From Podarcis bocagei (taxonomy: Eukaryota), in the NCBI GenBank assembly GCA_964188305.1, contig OZ076897.1: a stretch of 64,000 nt of DNA; one strand, 5' to 3'. The translations under genes and the position numbers were made by a program. The stretch's first letter is position 1, and every line of letters begins with the position of its first letter. Below the pieces are notes generated by a model. That model worked only from the letters and a program-made list of their open reading frames with translations, was not told the DNA's origin and ran no database searches. Below are positions 60,610 to 64,000 of the stretch, piece after piece.

Positions 60610-60922
60610 AGTTGTTGGCATCCATCTGTCTCAGGGCACAAGTCAGACCCCTGTGTTAGCAGCACCAAAGTGACCTCCCCTGGGCGCAAGCCTGGGCAGT
60701 ATGTATGGAGGTCCTGGGCTGTGCAGATGACAAGACCCCCTTCTTGGCCTCACTGATGTGGTCCAAAGGAAAGCAGAACAATACATTTGGCACCAGCTTG
60801 GCTGCAGGAGTTCCCGGAAGGAGGCATGCAAGACTTCATCCAACCGTCTTAGGGACTTCACTCTGTATTTGTGTAGGGTTTACTCCTTAGCCTTTTCTTC
60901 TCCTGAAGCTGTCCTACAAAGC
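60610..60922 (-). mobile_element. Short RTE-related non-autonomous repeat
   Basis: Shares its body with 38415-38605. The left end GTTGGCATCCATCTGTCTCAGG resembles the RTE 3' terminus at 29080 (GTTGGTATCAGCCTGTCTCAGG). Confidence 0.55.
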
Positions 60923-61018
60923 AAGTATTCACAGTATTGTACACCTATATGAGCAACCAGTAGACAGAGCAATGGCATAATTGATGCTTAATGTAGACTT
61001 TCTCCAAGACTGGATGCA

Positions 61019-61153
61019 NNNNNNNNNNNNNNNNNNNNNNNNNNNNNNNNNNNNNNNNNNNNNNNNNNNNNNNNNNNNNNNNNNNNNNNNNNNNNNNNNN
61101 NNNNNNNNNNNNNNNNNNNNNNNNNNNNNNNNNNNNNNNNNNNNNNNNNNNNN
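61019..61153. other. Assembly gap (135 N)
   Basis: Run of N. Confidence 1.
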
Positions 61154-61229
61154 GGGCAGCTGAAGAATAATTATAATTATCATCATTATTTATCTCAATT
61201 TAAATTTATTTGTTGCTTCGCATCATTTA

Positions 61230-61398
61230 CCGTATTTTTTGCACCACAACACTCACTTTTTTCCTCCTAGAAAGTAAGGGGAAATATCTGTGCGTGTTAT
61301 GGAGGAAATGCCTACGGGTGGCATGCCTACAGATTTTCCTCCTCTAAAAACTACGTGCGTGTTATGGTCGGGTGCGTGTTATAGAGCCAAAAATACGG
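61230..61398. mobile_element. Tc2/pogo-like MITE
   Basis: TA|CCGTATTTTT ... AAAAATACGG|TA with internal GTGCGTGTTATGG repeats. Confidence 0.8.
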
Positions 61399-61928
61399 TA
61401 TATCACACATTTTGAAGTACTCAAAGTGCTCCCTCACATTATTTTTTTCAATATTCATTACAACATTTCTATCAGGTAGATATTAATCTTATCCCTTTGT
61501 TGCAAAAATTGAGATAGTGGTTTGCCTATGGGCTCAGGGTGGTAAGTTCATAGCGCCATCTTTCTTGACTACTCTGTTGTCTACTAGTGACCCAAATCTC
61601 ACCTTTGGGTGGCCTTTGGCAAGCCATTATCTCTGTTCCTCATCAAGTTGTTGTCAGGATTGCCAGGTGTGGAATGCTGTAAGCAGTGGTTCCCAATTGG
61701 TGGTTCGTGTACCCCAGGGAGTCCATGTAACCCACCCAAGGAGTCCGGGGCACCATTCACATAGCAAAAACTACCATAGAGATATCAAAATTTTCAAAAG
61801 TCTATGGCTTGGCTTTGGAAAAAGTTTAGTGCTCATTTCCTGGTTAACTGCTTCCCGGGGGGGGGGGGACATTTGCAACCCTGTTAACCCAAAAAATCAT
61901 AAGGGGTTTGCACTGTAATCATGGATTG

Positions 61929-61977
<49 letters not shown>
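61929..61977. repeat. (CTG)n trinucleotide microsatellite, intronic
   Basis: About 16 uninterrupted CTG units. Confidence 0.95.
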
Positions 61978-61978
<1 letters not shown>

Positions 61979-64000
61979 ACACAATTTGGGGCCATAATCC
62001 AGCATGCAGTTCTTTTCCTCATGGGAGAATCATGGGAAAACAAAAATGCACATGCACATAAAAGGTGGCAACCTGTCTGGTGATGTCTGCTGCAGTGTCA
62101 CACTCTGCCCTTTGGTGTGAAATTTAGCTTAATATGGTGGCATATTGATCAAAAAATGATCAACAGGTAAAACATTGTAAAAGGAACATTAGAAATTGGG
62201 GCAGAAGCACGAACATAATCCCACATCTGAATGCCCCTTTAAGTATGATTTTACTTCCTTGAACCTCAAATGTCTTTAAATTCCTTCCAGGACAGATCCT
62301 CCCCCTAATTAACTGATGTGGCATCATCAAAGGTACTTTTACATAATATACTGCAAATTAATACTCCCATATGCAATTCAAAGAAATGTGATTGAAACTT
62401 TTCTTTTGATTTAAGCACAAAAGATTTCAAGCTATATAACGATTATCACGATATACACTGTAAGGCCGTTAATCAGTGAGCTGTTGATATTGAAGTTAAA
62501 CAAGTTCTTGCATAAACTCTGTAGATAATGACTTTCAAATTATTGGTGTAAACTTAGACACAGCTTGATTGGAACAGTCTTGTATATAATTATCCAGCAC
62601 AACAATTTAAAACATGCTTTTGGAGGCCAAATATCGCTTGCATTGAATCATCTGAGAGAGCAGGAGAGCATCAGTTCTACCTGTATAAGTTTTCTACCTA
62701 TATAAGGCCTGCCTAGCAGTCATGGGCTCTGCCACCATACGCTGCCAGAGTTTCCCTGAGTCTTACATGACCCTGTTTGTAAATTACTGAATTTGACTAG
62801 GCTCATAAAAACTGCTTACATTGTTCAAACAGATATGCTCAAAACCTAAAGGACAAAACTATTAATAATGATGAACCAAGAATGTCCTTGCCACGTGTCC
62901 AGGTAAGCCCCATCTCCTGAAAATATCCAACTATTTTTCTCCCAGCTGGAATATATATATATTTCTTCCCACCTCCCCTACCTGCTTTTCAGAGAAAAGG
63001 GCTAAGTTGATAAGTAAACATGATACATTAAGGGAGAAATTGTGTGACATTTGCTATGTGCTTTGACGTAGCTGGGCGTCGGGGGCAGGGTTGAGCTGGA
63101 ATCGGAACATGACATGGGAGAAGGAATTTGTCTGCATTGTGGTCCCAATTGCATTTGCTAGGCCCCTTCCCCCAGCACCTGCTATCTGTAGTGCCCTCTC
63201 CTCTCATACCCCATGTTCCTGAATCTGGTGCCTTCCTTTCTCTGGAATTCAAGAGGTCCGACATTTGCCCTCCCAACTTTCCTACTACTGTAACTAGAAA
63301 TTGAGGCAAGGTTCCAATTTTTGAGGTTTTTGAGCCCAAGTAATAGTTATTATGCTTTTCTTTATGCCTAGGATGTGCCCCAGAATCCTCAGCAGACAAT
63401 GTGGAAAGGGTTGCCCTGAATGTAGAAAGCTTGAAAACTACAGTTGTAATCTATAGTGAAGTCTGCACTTTTCTGTGTCTCATGCCACAATACCCCACAA
63501 ATTAAATATGATGAAATGGAGCCACCTTTTAAAAATATTATGAGCATTGATCAATTTGGCAAGGGCAATCATTTAAATGAAGGAGTACGTAATAAGCAGT
63601 AGATATCATTATCTTGTTTTTTCCTAGAACAGTAATAAAAGGGTAGCACAGGTTTCTGTTCCTGCATGACTTATAGCCATTCTCAGTGTGTTCCTTTCCA
63701 ACCATCCATTTTATTCCTTCATACAGAATAGTTACAACTCTATGGTTAATAAGTTCCTCTTCAAAAATACATGTTCATTTCTTGGAAACACATTATTAGG
63801 TATATAATGAAACAAGTTAAAATGTTATTTCTTTGCTGGATAAGATGTGCCCAGGAAAAAAAGCTAATAAGCTTATTCCATGCATTTCTGAATATAACTG
63901 TGGGAGGTTGGGAGAAGCTGGCTTGTGGGGGAATGATGAATATTGTTTTGTGAACCTAACATCTAATTTGCCAGGAAAGGGTTTTGTTTCATTCTTGGAG

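Noticed and set aside
60929-61186. ORFs spanning the N run
   Set aside because: Artefacts of the assembly gap.
50550-64000. Next TPK1 exon (GKHRL...WCGLIP-type) and the preceding exon in 1-4807
   Set aside because: No matching peptide with splice sites was seen; these exons presumably lie outside the window.

Overview
Vertebrate genomic DNA, almost certainly from a squamate reptile and probably a lacertid lizard. This is inferred from Sauria-type SINEs, BovB, CR1 with (ATTCTATG)n tails and L2 3' ends. The window lies inside the thiamine pyrophosphokinase 1 gene (TPK1, + strand): three internal coding exons (4808-4880, 42319-42414, 50403-50549) sit in long introns packed with often nested transposons. 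These include CR1, L2, BovB/RTE and L1-derived LINEs, SINEs, hAT and Tc1/pogo MITEs, a Ty1/Copia RT-RNaseH-LTR remnant and at least four solo LTRs. The most unusual signal is that the four solo LTRs (three families, TG...CA ends, 5-bp target duplications) each carry a sense reading frame that opens at LTR base 2 without an ATG. The frame encodes an acidic low-complexity stretch followed by an [S/T]P plus Arg/Lys-rich segment. Two diverged copies of one family conserve the peptide through mostly synonymous codon changes, which points to a protein-coding LTR under purifying selection. The window also shows two clean template-switch scars, a TSD-flanked L1-like element lacking ORF2, and a tRNA-Asn/CR1 chimeric SINE.
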